Source of the DNA: an uncultured Hyphomicrobiales bacterium
GTDB lineage: Bacteria; Bacteroidota; Ignavibacteria; Kapaibacteriales; UBA2268
Direction of reading: 5' to 3'
DNA length: 54,416 nt
Assembly: GCA_964511865.1 (NCBI GenBank)
Contig: CAZEHW010000001.1
Location: 1 to 54,416 of the forward strand
Shown here: piece after piece, positions 17,758 through 28,382 of the stretch
Layout of the letters: each line of letters opens with the position of its first letter
Numbering within the stretch: the first letter of the stretch is position 1
Made by a program: the position numbers and the translations under genes
The notes under the pieces: model-generated
The model's database searches: none
Seen by the model: the letters and a program-made list of their open reading frames with translations, nothing else
Told to the model about the DNA's origin: nothing

Positions 17758-18867
17758 ATGTTACGATATTTAATAGAAAAAGAATTTAAACAAATTTTAA
17801 GGAACAAATTTCTTCCCAGAATGATTATCATGTTCCCATTGGTTGTATTGATAGTATTGCCTTATGCCGCCAATTTCGAAATCAAGAATATTAATCTCAG
17901 CATTTTAGATAACAGCCACAGTTCTTATTCCCAAAGATTAGTTCAAAAGGTGAGTTCCTCAGGATATTTCCGCATAACGAATGTATCATCAGATTATACA
18001 GATGCTCTGCGAAGTGTTGAACTTGATGATGCAGATATCGTACTTGAAATTCCGGCAAATTTTGAAAAAGATTTGGTAAGGGAAAAGACTACTAAAGTAA
18101 TGATTTCCGCAAATACTGTTAATGGTACAAAAGGCGGCTTAGGCAGTGCATATCTTGCAAGTATTATGAATGACTTTTCCGGCGAAATCAGAAACGAATG
18201 GATTGCTCCATCGAAAAAGAAAGAATTGAATTTCGAAATTGTTCCACAATACAGATTCAATCCTAATCTCCAATATCCGGTTTTTATGGTACCGGCATTA
18301 ATGGTTATGATGATGGGTATTATATGCGGCTTCCTTCCGGCATTGAATATCGTAAGCGAAAAAGAAAATGGGACAATCGAGCAAATGAACGTAACTCCGG
18401 TAAAGAAACTGTCTTTTATACTTTCAAAACTTATTCCATACTGGCTAATAGGTTTTGTCGTTTTGAATAACTGTTTTCTTGTTGCCTGGCTAATTTACGG
18501 ATTGACTCCTGCAGGAAGTATACTTACTATTTATGTTTTAGCTTCCATATTTGTTCTTGCTTATTCGGGATTTGGTCTTGTCCTCTCGAACTATGCAAAA
18601 ACCATACAACAGGCAATGTTTATGATGTTCTTCTTTCAGGTAACATTTATTCTAATAAGCGGTCTATATACTCCCGTCAACAGTATGCCTGACTGGGCAC
18701 AATTCATCAGCCAATTCAGCCCAATGAAATATTTTATAATTGTCATGCGTTCAGTTTACCTCAAAGGAAGCAACCTAATGGAACTAAGCACACCACTATT
18801 TGCACTTTTAGGTTTCGCCGTATTCTTCAATACATGGGCTGTAATCAGTTATAGGAAGAAAAGCTGA
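17758..18867 (+). CDS. ABC-2 type transporter permease (second paralogue)
   Basis: 369 aa with the same topology as the preceding gene. Confidence 0.85.
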   Translation: MLRYLIEKEFKQILRNKFLPRMIIMFPLVVLIVLPYAANFEIKNINLSILDNSHSSYSQRLVQKVSSSGYFRITNVSSDYTDALRSVELDDADIVLEIPANFEKDLVREKTTKVMISANTVNGTKGGLGSAYLASIMNDFSGEIRNEWIAPSKKKELNFEIVPQYRFNPNLQYPVFMVPALMVMMMGIICGFLPALNIVSEKENGTIEQMNVTPVKKLSFILSKLIPYWLIGFVVLNNCFLVAWLIYGLTPAGSILTIYVLASIFVLAYSGFGLVLSNYAKTIQQAMFMMFFFQVTFILISGLYTPVNSMPDWAQFISQFSPMKYFIIVMRSVYLKGSNLMELSTPLFALLGFAVFFNTWAVISYRKKS

Positions 18868-19563
18868 TTTAGTTTGTAAAGAAAATTAATGTAACTTGTT
18901 CAAATGGGGTTGACAAACGAATCAACCAAAATGGAAAGGCATGGAAAACAGGCAAAGTTCATTAATTACAAAATACTGTCCAAGGCAAGGAAAGGGAAGG
19001 AAGAATTTTACTTTCCGAAAGTTTGAATAATCCGAAAATAACTTAAAATAATAAATTCATGATATATATAAGTATAATAATATCTAATAGCTTATAAGAT
19101 AATTTGTGATTTTGTGCACTGGACTGCACGGAATTGGAGAAAAACTCATAATTGAATTATTGTACTATAAGTTATGACTTATTAAAATGGACGTCAGTTG
19201 TTAGAAAATGTAGAAATATATTTCGTAGTTTCGGGCTTAAGTTTATAAATTATTTCAATTGGTTGTTTTAAACTTTTTTCATTTATAACATTACCGGAAT
19301 TATAATACTCATCCTTCGATAAGCTCCAGACATATCCATATATTCAGTCAGTTGCAACAACTGATTAGAAAGAAATGTGTGTTAAATATTTTTCACATAT
19401 TCATATTTATTGTAAATAAAAATTTACACTTTTTTAAAGAGTGATTTAACCACATAATGTTTAAATCTTTCTAAATCAATACCTAATAGAATTGTATTTC
19501 TTTTGGCATGTTTTCTGCAAATACGTCATATATACTGTTATTAAATTTAAATGCGGAGAAATC

Positions 19564-21693
19564 ATGATATCAAAGCTACAGTTTTTTATTTGGATTGTTT
19601 GTATCTTTACCCTTGGCAACCGCCTTGCATCACAAGAATATTGGGAACAGATACCTATTGATTTTGGAGAAAAGATTTATAGCATGATGACAGATAACCA
19701 GGGTAACATCTATACAGGAAATAACCTTAATGGTATTTACAGGATATCTGATCAAACAGGGATTTGCAGTAAAAGCTTATTACCGAATAGGTGGGTATAT
19801 TCATTGGTTATTACAAAATTAGGGAATTACTTGGCAGGAACTAATGAAGGAGTTTACAGGTCAACGAATTCAGGTAAGGACTGGATTAATATGACATTTC
19901 AGGAAAATTTCAGTGAGGCCAACTCAATTGCTATTGATAAAGATGGCACTATTTACACAGCTAACGGATATCATCATTCAGCTAAAAATGCCGGTTATAT
20001 ACTCAAATCAACAGATGATGGAATATTATGGAATAAAATATTCGAAACCGATTTACCTGTTTTTTGTATAACCATCGCTGAAAATGGATATATTTTTGCA
20101 GGTACATCCGGTTTGGGAGTTTACAGGTCTACCGACAGTGGTAAGAGCTGGCATGAAATTAATAATGGACTTAGTGATTTTCATGTCAAATCTCTTTTTG
20201 TATCAAATGAGGGCTATCTTTTTACAGGTGCACTTGCCATTGATAGCTTAACATCACACGAGTCTCATATTTATGTATCAACTGATTATGGTGAAAATTG
20301 GAAACAATGTTATAATACTAACAAACAATTTGTATATTCCTTTATTCAGAACGAATATGGAGATATCTTGGCTTCCTGTAGTCAAAGTTCAATGTTTAAA
20401 TCAACCAACTCAGGAACTAACTGGGTTGAGATTCCGGGTGAAATAGGAAATTATTCCATAAGTGCTATGAGCAAGTATAACAATATTATTTATGCTGGAT
20501 CCGATCGGGGAAATGTTTTAAAATCAGTTGATGGTGGAGAAAGTTGGATTAAAATTGGGATGACCGGCTTTGATGTTTATGATATGGTGATTGCCAATAA
20601 TGACGATTTTTGGGTAAGTGCAGGATGGCAAATAGTTGTTGACATTGCCAAGACCCCTGAAATATATTATAAACAAAAAATAACAGGTTGTGAAATAATT
20701 TTTCCAGTTTTGGAAAAAGACAATCAAGATAATATCTATATTTCCTCAGATTGTCTAATAAGTTCATTTAGCTGTGTGAGGTCGTATCAATATAACAGCC
20801 CGGATTCCCCTTGTAAAAACATGGAAGTTAAAGCACTTTGCTATAAATATTATCTGGGCAATTCGATTTTAGCCGGTACATTTGATGGAGTTTTTCTTTC
20901 AACTGATAACGGAGATACATGGACATCGATTAGTGAATCAAATAAATTATTAAGAAATGTAAAATCAATCACTGTAACTAATAGCAATTCAATTATAATT
21001 TCATCAAACCAAGGTGTCTTTGTTTCCGATGATCTTGGTAGCACATGGGTTGAAGCAAATAATGGATTAGGTTTTGCAACAATAATTAAATTGATTACAT
21101 TTGATAATAATATCTTTGCAGCTACTTTACATCAGGGGGTATTCAAAACAACAGACAAAGGTAAAAACTGGTTTCAGATCAATGAAGGTATTGAAAATAA
21201 AATAATTCTGGATTTGGTTGTAAACAGCATAGGACAAATCTTTGCAGCAACAGATGGCGAAGGAGTTTTTATATCACGGGACATGGGACTGAATTGGCAA
21301 AAAATAAATTCCGGTTTAAAAAATCTAAATATAAAAACTCTTGCTTTTGATAATGATGAAAACCTACTTGCCGGTTCATTTGGTAGCGGTATTTTTAAAA
21401 GTACTACTACCACTTTAGCTGTGAATGAAACAGTTAATTCCGAATCGTATTTTTCTTTTCCAAATCCTTTCGTTTTAACAGATGTGATAAATTATTATTC
21501 AGTAAAAAAGGGAGAACAAATCATTGAATTGTATAATTCAACCGGGAATAAAACTGAAATCTTATTCAATGGTAATTTGGATAAAGGAATACATCACTTT
21601 CAATTAAAAAACCGGATTCCTTCTGGTATTTATTTTATAAGACTGGTGAATGAAAATATAATTCACACAAAACCTTTTATTGTGATAAATTGA
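19564..21693 (+). CDS. BNR/Asp-box repeat beta-propeller protein with T9SS C-terminal sorting domain
   Basis: There are about 10 S/TxDxGxxW boxes (STNSGKDW, STDDGILW, STDSGKSW, STDYGENW, STNSGTNW, SVDGGESW, STDNGDTW, SDDLGSTW, TTDKGKNW, SRDMGLNW). The CTD is FPNPF..SGIYFIRLVNE. The signal peptide begins at the ATG at 19564, whereas the ORF track starts at 19492. Confidence 0.8.
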   Translation: MISKLQFFIWIVCIFTLGNRLASQEYWEQIPIDFGEKIYSMMTDNQGNIYTGNNLNGIYRISDQTGICSKSLLPNRWVYSLVITKLGNYLAGTNEGVYRSTNSGKDWINMTFQENFSEANSIAIDKDGTIYTANGYHHSAKNAGYILKSTDDGILWNKIFETDLPVFCITIAENGYIFAGTSGLGVYRSTDSGKSWHEINNGLSDFHVKSLFVSNEGYLFTGALAIDSLTSHESHIYVSTDYGENWKQCYNTNKQFVYSFIQNEYGDILASCSQSSMFKSTNSGTNWVEIPGEIGNYSISAMSKYNNIIYAGSDRGNVLKSVDGGESWIKIGMTGFDVYDMVIANNDDFWVSAGWQIVVDIAKTPEIYYKQKITGCEIIFPVLEKDNQDNIYISSDCLISSFSCVRSYQYNSPDSPCKNMEVKALCYKYYLGNSILAGTFDGVFLSTDNGDTWTSISESNKLLRNVKSITVTNSNSIIISSNQGVFVSDDLGSTWVEANNGLGFATIIKLITFDNNIFAATLHQGVFKTTDKGKNWFQINEGIENKIILDLVVNSIGQIFAATDGEGVFISRDMGLNWQKINSGLKNLNIKTLAFDNDENLLAGSFGSGIFKSTTTTLAVNETVNSESYFSFPNPFVLTDVINYYSVKKGEQIIELYNSTGNKTEILFNGNLDKGIHHFQLKNRIPSGIYFIRLVNENIIHTKPFIVIN

Positions 21694-21968
21694 TCGAGTG
21701 ATCAAATATATATGATATATCTTCCACCAGCTCGATGAGGGTGTTGTTGAGAATCGTGGTAGTCGGAACCGCTCCGGGCATTTGTTTTCCCGGACTGAAC
21801 ACAGTATCAAGAATATCATTAAGCAATCACAAACTATTCTGAACAAAGTGAACATCGTTGTACCAAAAACTCTTTCGGTCAACATCTGTTAATTCTCAGG
21901 TAAAATGATTTTCGTATTTAATGATTGCTCAACAACCTGCAAATCATTTCTACTAAAATAATTTAAGT

Positions 21969-24128
21969 TTAATTTATCACTGTGAATCTTTTTGAAATAT
22001 AATTCCCGGCACTTTTTATTATTATTGAATATATCCCTGAAGCTAAATTGACTGTTGGAATATTGAACAAATGATGTCCCTTGTTCAAGTATCCTAAATG
22101 TATTGTGCTGATATTTCTGCCGAAGTTGTCGAATAATTCAATTTCTGTATATGAATCGTTTAGGATTTCTAAATTTAAATATCCTTTATTTCCTTCGATG
22201 ATGGGATTTGGATAAATGTTCGATATAATATTATTGCTTTCAGATTCATTTACTGATGTGATATATGATTCTATCTGGCACAATGTTTTAATAGTATCAA
22301 TTGAAATAGAATCAGGCATGAAGGATAATCTGAATTTGAAAGTCTCATTTCTATCGTTATTTACAAGACTGTCAATATGAATTGAACCATCGGGATTAAA
22401 AAATTTCACCCATAACAGGGTATGGAAAACATCGGGTATATCTTTGCCTTCCTGCAATTGAGCTAAATTAACCGTTACTTCATAATCTTCATCAGGGACA
22501 AAAGTTCTTGTTGAGTTGGTAACAAGATAAATCGGATGTCCAGCTTTGTAAATCCATTGATTGAAAAATGTATCCAAATCAACGGGTGGATTTACTACTT
22601 TGCTCTTCAGGAAATTCTTAAATTCTTCGGTATCTAAGGATTTATATCCATAATTATAATTAGAAAACATTTCTCTTAAGATTGCCTGAAAATATTCCAT
22701 ACCGAACTGTACACTTAGCATGTGGTAGACAACTCCTGCTTTCATATATGTCGTTGCATAATTAAAGACATTGTCAATTGGGGGTGCATAAATTGGTGGT
22801 TGTAAATTTTGGTTATTCAAGATTAAATAATTATACATTTTCCCGTAAACAGCGTAATCATAATAAACGGAATTGTTTCTTCCCAGCCATAGTGTTTCAC
22901 TCCAGACAGCACCGCCTTCGTTAATCCAGATGTCATTCCATGAGGCACATGTGATTAAATCTCCTAACCATTGATGAGCCATTTCATGAGCTATAACAAG
23001 CTGGTTTCCGTTATCTGCATTCCCCCCCCATTTGTTTATCTTACGAAGAACATTTCTGTGCAATGTTGTAATTGTCTGATGTTCCATGCCTCCGAACCAG
23101 CAATCCTGAACAGCTACCATGCCGTATCTTTCATAAGGATATTCACCAAATATTGTCGAATAAAATTCCATCATCTTGACACTGTTCCTAAATGCGTAAG
23201 TTGCATTGTGAGTCATTCCGTCGCTTGAAGTATCCTGAAAATCTTTTTCCCAAACATAGTATTCGATTTTGATTGAATCTTCGGGGTTAGTTACCCGTTT
23301 GTACCAATCATAATAATAATGATATTTGCTTGCGGCGGCATGCATAAGGTAAGTTGCTAAAGGAAACTTATGCTCCCAGTAAAAAGTTGTGGAATCCTCG
23401 ACTTCAACAGTATTTTTTAAGATTCCATTTGAAGTTACAGTATAGCCCTTTGGAACTTTAACTGTGAATGTGCTAAATGCTTTGTCATAAGGTCTGTCGT
23501 TGCATGGCATCCATGTACGTGCATCTATTGGCTCAGCCATTGTATATACGATTTTTTCTTCGATATAGACTGTATCATAATCAGGTGGCGGACCAAAATC
23601 TATGGGTGTACCCTTTTCATATACATTGATACCACCTTCGTTGTTAGTAGAGGAAAAATTATATTTAATATCCAGAACCACAGTATCTCCTGTATTGAAT
23701 GGTTCGTTGAAATTTACCTTCAATATACCTAATGCTTTTTTATTTGAGTTGGCAGAAGGTTGACCATTAATTAATATATTTTCGATATTAAGTAAGAGAG
23801 CATCAAGTTCGATATATTCAAGATTATCTTCGAGAATGACTAACTGAATTTTATTTGTACCATTGAAGCGTATAAGACTGCCGTTTTCGTATGGTGTATT
23901 TATTACATCATACCAATCCATATATAAGTCATATCGAAGCACATCGTAGTTTCTTTTTTCAAGTTCAATATACTCTTTCAGAAATTTATTATTTTTAGAT
24001 TTATGATAGTTGCTATAATTTGCTTTATCAAAAATATTATTGTCAGGTTGAAGGTAATCCGGAATATCCTGAGCACTTGTATTGTATAAAAATACAAAAA
24101 TTAAAATCAGCGTATTAATCAGTTTCAT
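21969..24128 (-). CDS. M1-family zinc aminopeptidase with T9SS C-terminal sorting domain
   Basis: The zinc-binding motif is HEMAHQW-X-E, i.e. HEXXH-X18-E ending in WINEGG. GGMEH corresponds to the GxMEN exopeptidase motif. The CTD is YPNPI..SGIYSIIIKS. Confidence 0.85.
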   Translation of the reverse strand: MKLINTLILIFVFLYNTSAQDIPDYLQPDNNIFDKANYSNYHKSKNNKFLKEYIELEKRNYDVLRYDLYMDWYDVINTPYENGSLIRFNGTNKIQLVILEDNLEYIELDALLLNIENILINGQPSANSNKKALGILKVNFNEPFNTGDTVVLDIKYNFSSTNNEGGINVYEKGTPIDFGPPPDYDTVYIEEKIVYTMAEPIDARTWMPCNDRPYDKAFSTFTVKVPKGYTVTSNGILKNTVEVEDSTTFYWEHKFPLATYLMHAAASKYHYYYDWYKRVTNPEDSIKIEYYVWEKDFQDTSSDGMTHNATYAFRNSVKMMEFYSTIFGEYPYERYGMVAVQDCWFGGMEHQTITTLHRNVLRKINKWGGNADNGNQLVIAHEMAHQWLGDLITCASWNDIWINEGGAVWSETLWLGRNNSVYYDYAVYGKMYNYLILNNQNLQPPIYAPPIDNVFNYATTYMKAGVVYHMLSVQFGMEYFQAILREMFSNYNYGYKSLDTEEFKNFLKSKVVNPPVDLDTFFNQWIYKAGHPIYLVTNSTRTFVPDEDYEVTVNLAQLQEGKDIPDVFHTLLWVKFFNPDGSIHIDSLVNNDRNETFKFRLSFMPDSISIDTIKTLCQIESYITSVNESESNNIISNIYPNPIIEGNKGYLNLEILNDSYTEIELFDNFGRNISTIHLGYLNKGHHLFNIPTVNLASGIYSIIIKSAGNYISKRFTVIN

Positions 24129-24227
24129 AAAATTTATTATACCTTTTAAAAAAAATTTACTAAATTAGAGTTCAAAAATATCAATAAATTATTAAAGTTC
24201 CTTAATTAAAAATATTATTAACAATGT

Positions 24228-25064
24228 TTGTCGGGGAAATCTATGGATATAACAACAAAATTAAGGTTAAATAACGGCAAAGAAATACCTGCTCTTGGTT
24301 TAGGTGTTTACTTAAGCAAACCCGGGAAAGAGACATACGAAGCTGTCCGCTATGCTTTGGATATTGGCTACAGGCATATAGATACTGCGGCTCTTTATGC
24401 TAACGAGGAAGATGTTGGCAAAGCAATAAGGGACAGTGGAATACCCAGAGTAGAAGTATTTGTTACGACAAAAGTCTGGAATTCCGACCAGGGTTATGAT
24501 AGTACAATGAAAGCATTTTATAAAAGTTTAAGGAAACTTAATTTTGATTATATTGATTTGTATTTGATACATTGGCCCCAACCAAAAACAAGATGCGATA
24601 CATGGAGAGCTTTGATTAAGATTTATGATGAAAAAAGAGCAAGTTCTATTGGTGTAAGTAATTATACTATTAGGCATATGGAGGAAATTCTTCATGGTTC
24701 ACCCTTCAAACCGCTTATTAATCAGGTTGAGTTCAGTCCATATCTTTTCCAAAGAGACATTCTGGCATATTGCACAAGAAGAAATATTTTGGTTGAAGCA
24801 TATACTCCATTAGTAAGGGGTAAAAAATTTGGAGACCCGAAATTAAAATCTCTTGCTGAAAAGTATTCGAAATCACCTGCACAAATTTTGATAAGATGGG
24901 CATTGCAGGTTGGTGTGATTGTCCTGCCAAAATCGGTACATCCGGAAAGAATAAAAGAAAATGCTGATGTATTTGATTTTGAAATTTCTGATGATGATAT
25001 GGAACTTCTCGAAAACTTTAACGAAAATTACAGGGTTGCATGGGACCCAACGAAGATTGAGTGA
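24228..25064 (+). CDS. Aldo/keto reductase (DkgA-like)
   Basis: GYRHIDTAALYANEE, LYLIHWP, IGVSNY and the C-terminal IPKS-like LPKSVHPERIKEN. The likely ATG start is at 24243. Confidence 0.85.
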   Translation: MSGKSMDITTKLRLNNGKEIPALGLGVYLSKPGKETYEAVRYALDIGYRHIDTAALYANEEDVGKAIRDSGIPRVEVFVTTKVWNSDQGYDSTMKAFYKSLRKLNFDYIDLYLIHWPQPKTRCDTWRALIKIYDEKRASSIGVSNYTIRHMEEILHGSPFKPLINQVEFSPYLFQRDILAYCTRRNILVEAYTPLVRGKKFGDPKLKSLAEKYSKSPAQILIRWALQVGVIVLPKSVHPERIKENADVFDFEISDDDMELLENFNENYRVAWDPTKIE

Positions 25065-25130
25065 TTAATTGTTAATGGTTAATTGTCAATTGTTAATGAA
25101 GATAGGAATAAGGGATTGAATTCTTAATTG
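25062..25130. repeat. Heptad array TAATTGT/TAATGGT/CAATTGT.. between convergent genes
   Basis: GAGTGAT TAATTGT TAATGGT TAATTGT CAATTGT TAATGAA GATAGGA ATAAGGG ATTGAAT TCTTAAT. The array spans both stop codons (25062-25064 on + and 25124-25126 on -). Confidence 0.9.
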
Positions 25131-25543
25131 TTATATATTATCTTGTTTCTTTCGATTGCGTAGCGAATTAGCTTTTCGAGAGTTTTTATATCGATGTCAT
25201 CAATCTTTTTGAAATAAAGACAGGCTTTTCCGACTTTATATTTACCAAATTTCTGCATTAGTTCTTCGTTTTTTTCAAATCCATAAGAAAGATATAAAGT
25301 AAGATTTTGCTTGCGTGGAGAAAAACCGACTAAGAACCAATCACCTTCACGTCCACTTTTAGATTTATAATGTATGTTCCCAAAACCAATGATGCTGTCA
25401 CCCCACATTTTTGGTTCAGCCCCGGTGATTTTTTTCATAAGAGCAAGAATAGTAAAAGAATCTTTTCTTTTCTCCTCGTCATCAACTTTGTTAATGAAAG
25501 CTTCGACACTTGCATCAGTTTGTTTAGTTTTATTTTCAGCCAT
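25124..25543 (-). CDS. DUF1801 (YdhG-like) domain protein
   Basis: 139 aa. VEAFINKVDDEEKRKDSFTILALMKKITGAEPKMWGDSIIGFG is the typical family N-terminus. Confidence 0.65.
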   Translation of the reverse strand: MAENKTKQTDASVEAFINKVDDEEKRKDSFTILALMKKITGAEPKMWGDSIIGFGNIHYKSKSGREGDWFLVGFSPRKQNLTLYLSYGFEKNEELMQKFGKYKVGKACLYFKKIDDIDIKTLEKLIRYAIERNKIIYNN

Positions 25544-25689
25544 TTTCTACCTTGATTTTATTCAAAAAATTAAAAAACGTAAGTACTAATTTTCTATTAC
25601 ATCTGTGATTGTAGCTCGAAATAAATACAATAATTATCATTAGAAAACTTCTAACCTCCAAAAAATATCATTAATTAACGGAGAGTATA

Positions 25690-26247
25690 ATGAAAGCATT
25701 ATTGAAAATATTTTTAGGTTTATTTATTGTTTTACTGACTGTGAATAATACCTACAGTCAGGACAAAAGAGTTTATAACCATCTTGTTTATGTTTATAAA
25801 GTCAGAAATATAGAAGGAAAAGAAACTTCACTTGAGGATTATAAAGGCAAGGTTTTACTGATAGTCAACGTTGCAAGCAAATGTGGATATACTCCACAGT
25901 ACAAAGGATTGCAGGACTTGTATGAAAAGTATAAGGACAAAGGATTAGAAATTTTGGGATTTCCATGCAATCAGTTTCGTGGTCAGGAACCCGGCAGTAA
26001 CAAGGAAATTTATGATTTCTGTACAAAGGAGTATGGCGTAACTTTCCCGATGTTTTCAAAAATTGAAGTAAACGGAGAAGATGCAGACCCGCTATTTCAG
26101 TATTTAACCGGAGATGGTTCCGAACCAATCAGATGGAATTTTGAGAAGTTTCTTATTGACAGAAAAGGTATGATGACAAAAAGATTTGGGACTAAAATAG
26201 AACCGAAAGATATAGAAGCGGATATTGAGAATTTGTTGAGTAGATAG
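25690..26247 (+). CDS. Glutathione peroxidase (BtuE-like) with signal peptide
   Basis: LIVNVASKCGYTPQY and LGFPCNQFRGQEPG, followed by WNFEKFLI. Confidence 0.9.
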   Translation: MKALLKIFLGLFIVLLTVNNTYSQDKRVYNHLVYVYKVRNIEGKETSLEDYKGKVLLIVNVASKCGYTPQYKGLQDLYEKYKDKGLEILGFPCNQFRGQEPGSNKEIYDFCTKEYGVTFPMFSKIEVNGEDADPLFQYLTGDGSEPIRWNFEKFLIDRKGMMTKRFGTKIEPKDIEADIENLLSR

Positions 26248-26256
26248 ATTAATATT

Positions 26257-26814
26257 TTATTCTTTCCAAGGATAGTATCCTCTGTAATTGCAGAATGTGG
26301 AATCAATGTCATTTGGAATATTCAAGACACAGGAGAATTGCGGTTTGTTTGTTCCATCTGTAAATGGACCATAAATTTCAAGATGATAAATACCCGGTCT
26401 GATATTTCTGATTTCGTAGTTTATATCGTACAAGCACTCACAACGACAACCTGCCTTCGCTTGCTTTTCCATTATTTTTATGGTATCGCCCGGGAAGTAG
26501 TAAGAAGCTGATATTTTATCAGGACAACAGTTGAAACCTGCGTTGATATGAGTTAGCAGTACGACCTGATAGCTCATAAAATAATTGTAAGTAACACATT
26601 CGTAAGAAGCTGAGCTAAGCTCCTGAATTTCACCAATGGTATTTTTGCATTCAGTATGATTAATAATTCTTCCCGCTCTTTCGTTAAGAAAAGGGAATTC
26701 ACAGGTTGGCTCCCCCTGTTCAATTTCATTGCAGGATGTAAATATTAAGACAAGTGCTGACATTGATGCAATCGAAAGTATCGAAATCGAAAAAGATTTT
26801 CCCAAAATTTTCAT
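26257..26814 (-). CDS. Hypothetical Cys-rich lipoprotein
   Basis: Start chosen at MKILGKSF..LIFTSCNE (lipobox). The ORF track extends to 26856. Confidence 0.5.
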   Translation of the reverse strand: MKILGKSFSISILSIASMSALVLIFTSCNEIEQGEPTCEFPFLNERAGRIINHTECKNTIGEIQELSSASYECVTYNYFMSYQVVLLTHINAGFNCCPDKISASYYFPGDTIKIMEKQAKAGCRCECLYDINYEIRNIRPGIYHLEIYGPFTDGTNKPQFSCVLNIPNDIDSTFCNYRGYYPWKE

Positions 26815-26985
26815 AGTTTTTCTCCAATTGTTTCCTATATATATGTATAAACACATAAAACGCGAAAAAGTTTCATTTTGGGTGAAAATAAATTGAAATT
26901 CCTAAAAAGACAGAAAAGAATATTTGTTAATTTTGATCAATCATTGTAATTTAATCTAATTAAAAAGTTTAATAAGGATTTAATT

Positions 26986-27873
26986 ATGAAAAAGCACATA
27001 CAAATAGTCATCTCAGCAATTCTTTTCTTTTGCTTTTCATTTTTAACTTATGGACAAACTCCATTCTGGAAATTGGAAAAAGATTCTATGAATTTAGCAA
27101 TTCTTGAACTTGACTATCAAACTCACGAATTCATACAAGGGCATTTTTCAGTTCATAAACCTTGTGATGATTGTGACAAAGATAGCTTGCCATTCTTAAT
27201 AGACGACGTGATGAATGGTGATATAGGATACATAAAATTTCTATATTTTGAAAATAACGAACAAGTATTCCATGGAAGTGTTATTTTTTTGGGAACTGGA
27301 AAAATAAAATTTCCACCTTCATTTTTTCCAAAAGACTCTTTTAGATTTTCCACAGGAATTTGTTCGCCACCTCAATCTATCAAGTACTATAAAATTTTAT
27401 TTTACTCAATTGGTGATTATAGCGATTTTAATGGTAACATAGCATGGCAAGGAATTCAAAATTTGGAAATAATAAAAGATTTTGCAAAAAATCCATATAG
27501 AATTGGTATATATTTATATCCTCCTGCTGTTGGGCCTTTTGAACCTGAAAATGCTAGATGGATTATATTTGTATACCAAGGCAAATTAACTCCTAATAGT
27601 GTCGATGATGTTAATATGGGAATTACAAATATTTCTCCCAACCCCTTCTCAGAATCCACAACAATACAATATTATCTTAATGACCCTGCTTTTGTCAGTA
27701 TTAATATTTACAATTCTTTTGGGAATAAACAAATAAATTCAGTTAAAGAATTTCGTGACAGAGGAGAACAGGAATTTGTTTTTGACGGCATGAATTATCC
27801 GTCAGGATTGTATTTTTATACAATTCAAATTGGGGATAAGTTCGTTAGCGGAAAAATGGCTTTAATTAAATGA
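26986..27873 (+). CDS. Hypothetical secreted protein with T9SS C-terminal sorting domain
   Basis: Signal peptide present. The CTD is ISPNPFSESTTIQYYL..SGLYFYTIQIGDKFVSGKMALIK. Confidence 0.65.
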   Translation: MKKHIQIVISAILFFCFSFLTYGQTPFWKLEKDSMNLAILELDYQTHEFIQGHFSVHKPCDDCDKDSLPFLIDDVMNGDIGYIKFLYFENNEQVFHGSVIFLGTGKIKFPPSFFPKDSFRFSTGICSPPQSIKYYKILFYSIGDYSDFNGNIAWQGIQNLEIIKDFAKNPYRIGIYLYPPAVGPFEPENARWIIFVYQGKLTPNSVDDVNMGITNISPNPFSESTTIQYYLNDPAFVSINIYNSFGNKQINSVKEFRDRGEQEFVFDGMNYPSGLYFYTIQIGDKFVSGKMALIK

Positions 27874-27908
27874 AAAATGAATAGTGAATAGTGAATAGTG
27901 AATAATAG
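27868..27908 (+). repeat. Heptad array AAATGAA x2, TAGTGAA x3, TAATAGT
   Basis: The first unit contains the TGA stop of the preceding gene. Confidence 0.9.
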
Positions 27909-27941
27909 TTTTTAACTTTTCGAAAGTTAATTGGAAAAATA

Positions 27942-28271
27942 TCAGCTTAGTATTAAATATATCGAAACGGCTCCTAAAAATATTCCTGCTCCTTGCTTGA
28001 TTGATATTGATTCACCAAAAAGAAACATACCTAAAACAACAATAAACAGCATCGAGGCAATCGTTAATACAGGTGTCAGTTTGCTAACGTCAAAATATCG
28101 TAATAGATATACCTGAAGGAAAAATGTACAGATATATAACACTGCTCCCAACGAAATAAATACATAGAATTCCTTTTGCTGAAGCGTGAAGAAGGTGCCT
28201 TTTTTCAATGACACCTGAGCTACAGCTGTCAGCATTATAGTCAAAAATATTAATAGAAATTTTAAATCCAT
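27942..28271 (-). CDS. Small EamA/SMR-like membrane protein (ArnE/ArnF-like flippase-subunit candidate)
   Basis: 109 aa with 4 TM helices. It is the last gene of the GT2-DUF2142 operon. Confidence 0.55.
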   Translation of the reverse strand: MDLKFLLIFLTIMLTAVAQVSLKKGTFFTLQQKEFYVFISLGAVLYICTFFLQVYLLRYFDVSKLTPVLTIASMLFIVVLGMFLFGESISIKQGAGIFLGAVSIYLILS

Positions 28272-28382
28272 AGCTTTCCGTTTTCCGTTATCCGTTTTTT
28301 AGTTCTTTAGTTTTTTTGTTTTTTAGTTCTTCTGTCTTTCCGTCTTTTACCTAATAGTCTAATAGTCTAACAGCCTAAATCA
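28272..28382 (-). repeat. Short-period (8 then 7 nt) array filling the whole intra-operon spacer
   Basis: The minus strand reads TGA TTTAGGCTG TTAGACTA TTAGACTA TTAGGTAA AAGACGGA AAGACAGA AGAACTAA .. AAACGGA TAACGGA AAACGGA. It runs from the stop at 28380 to the ATG at 28271. Confidence 0.85.

Noticed and set aside
19408-19432. The palindrome TGTAAAT-N4-ATTTACA upstream of the BNR gene, which resembles the half-sites of the 43738 operators.
   Set aside because: The half-site spacing is different, and the AT-rich sequence makes a chance palindrome likely. It is a single copy.
21700-21900. A GC-richer patch between convergent genes (..CCACCAGCTCGATGAGGGTGTTGTTGAGAATCGTGGTAGTCGGAACCGCTCCGGGC..), possibly a gene fragment, together with ORF 21604..21885.
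   Set aside because: The open frames are only ~40-90 codons, with no recognisable motif. The listed ORF overlaps the 3' end of the BNR gene. It may be a decayed remnant, but I cannot support a call.
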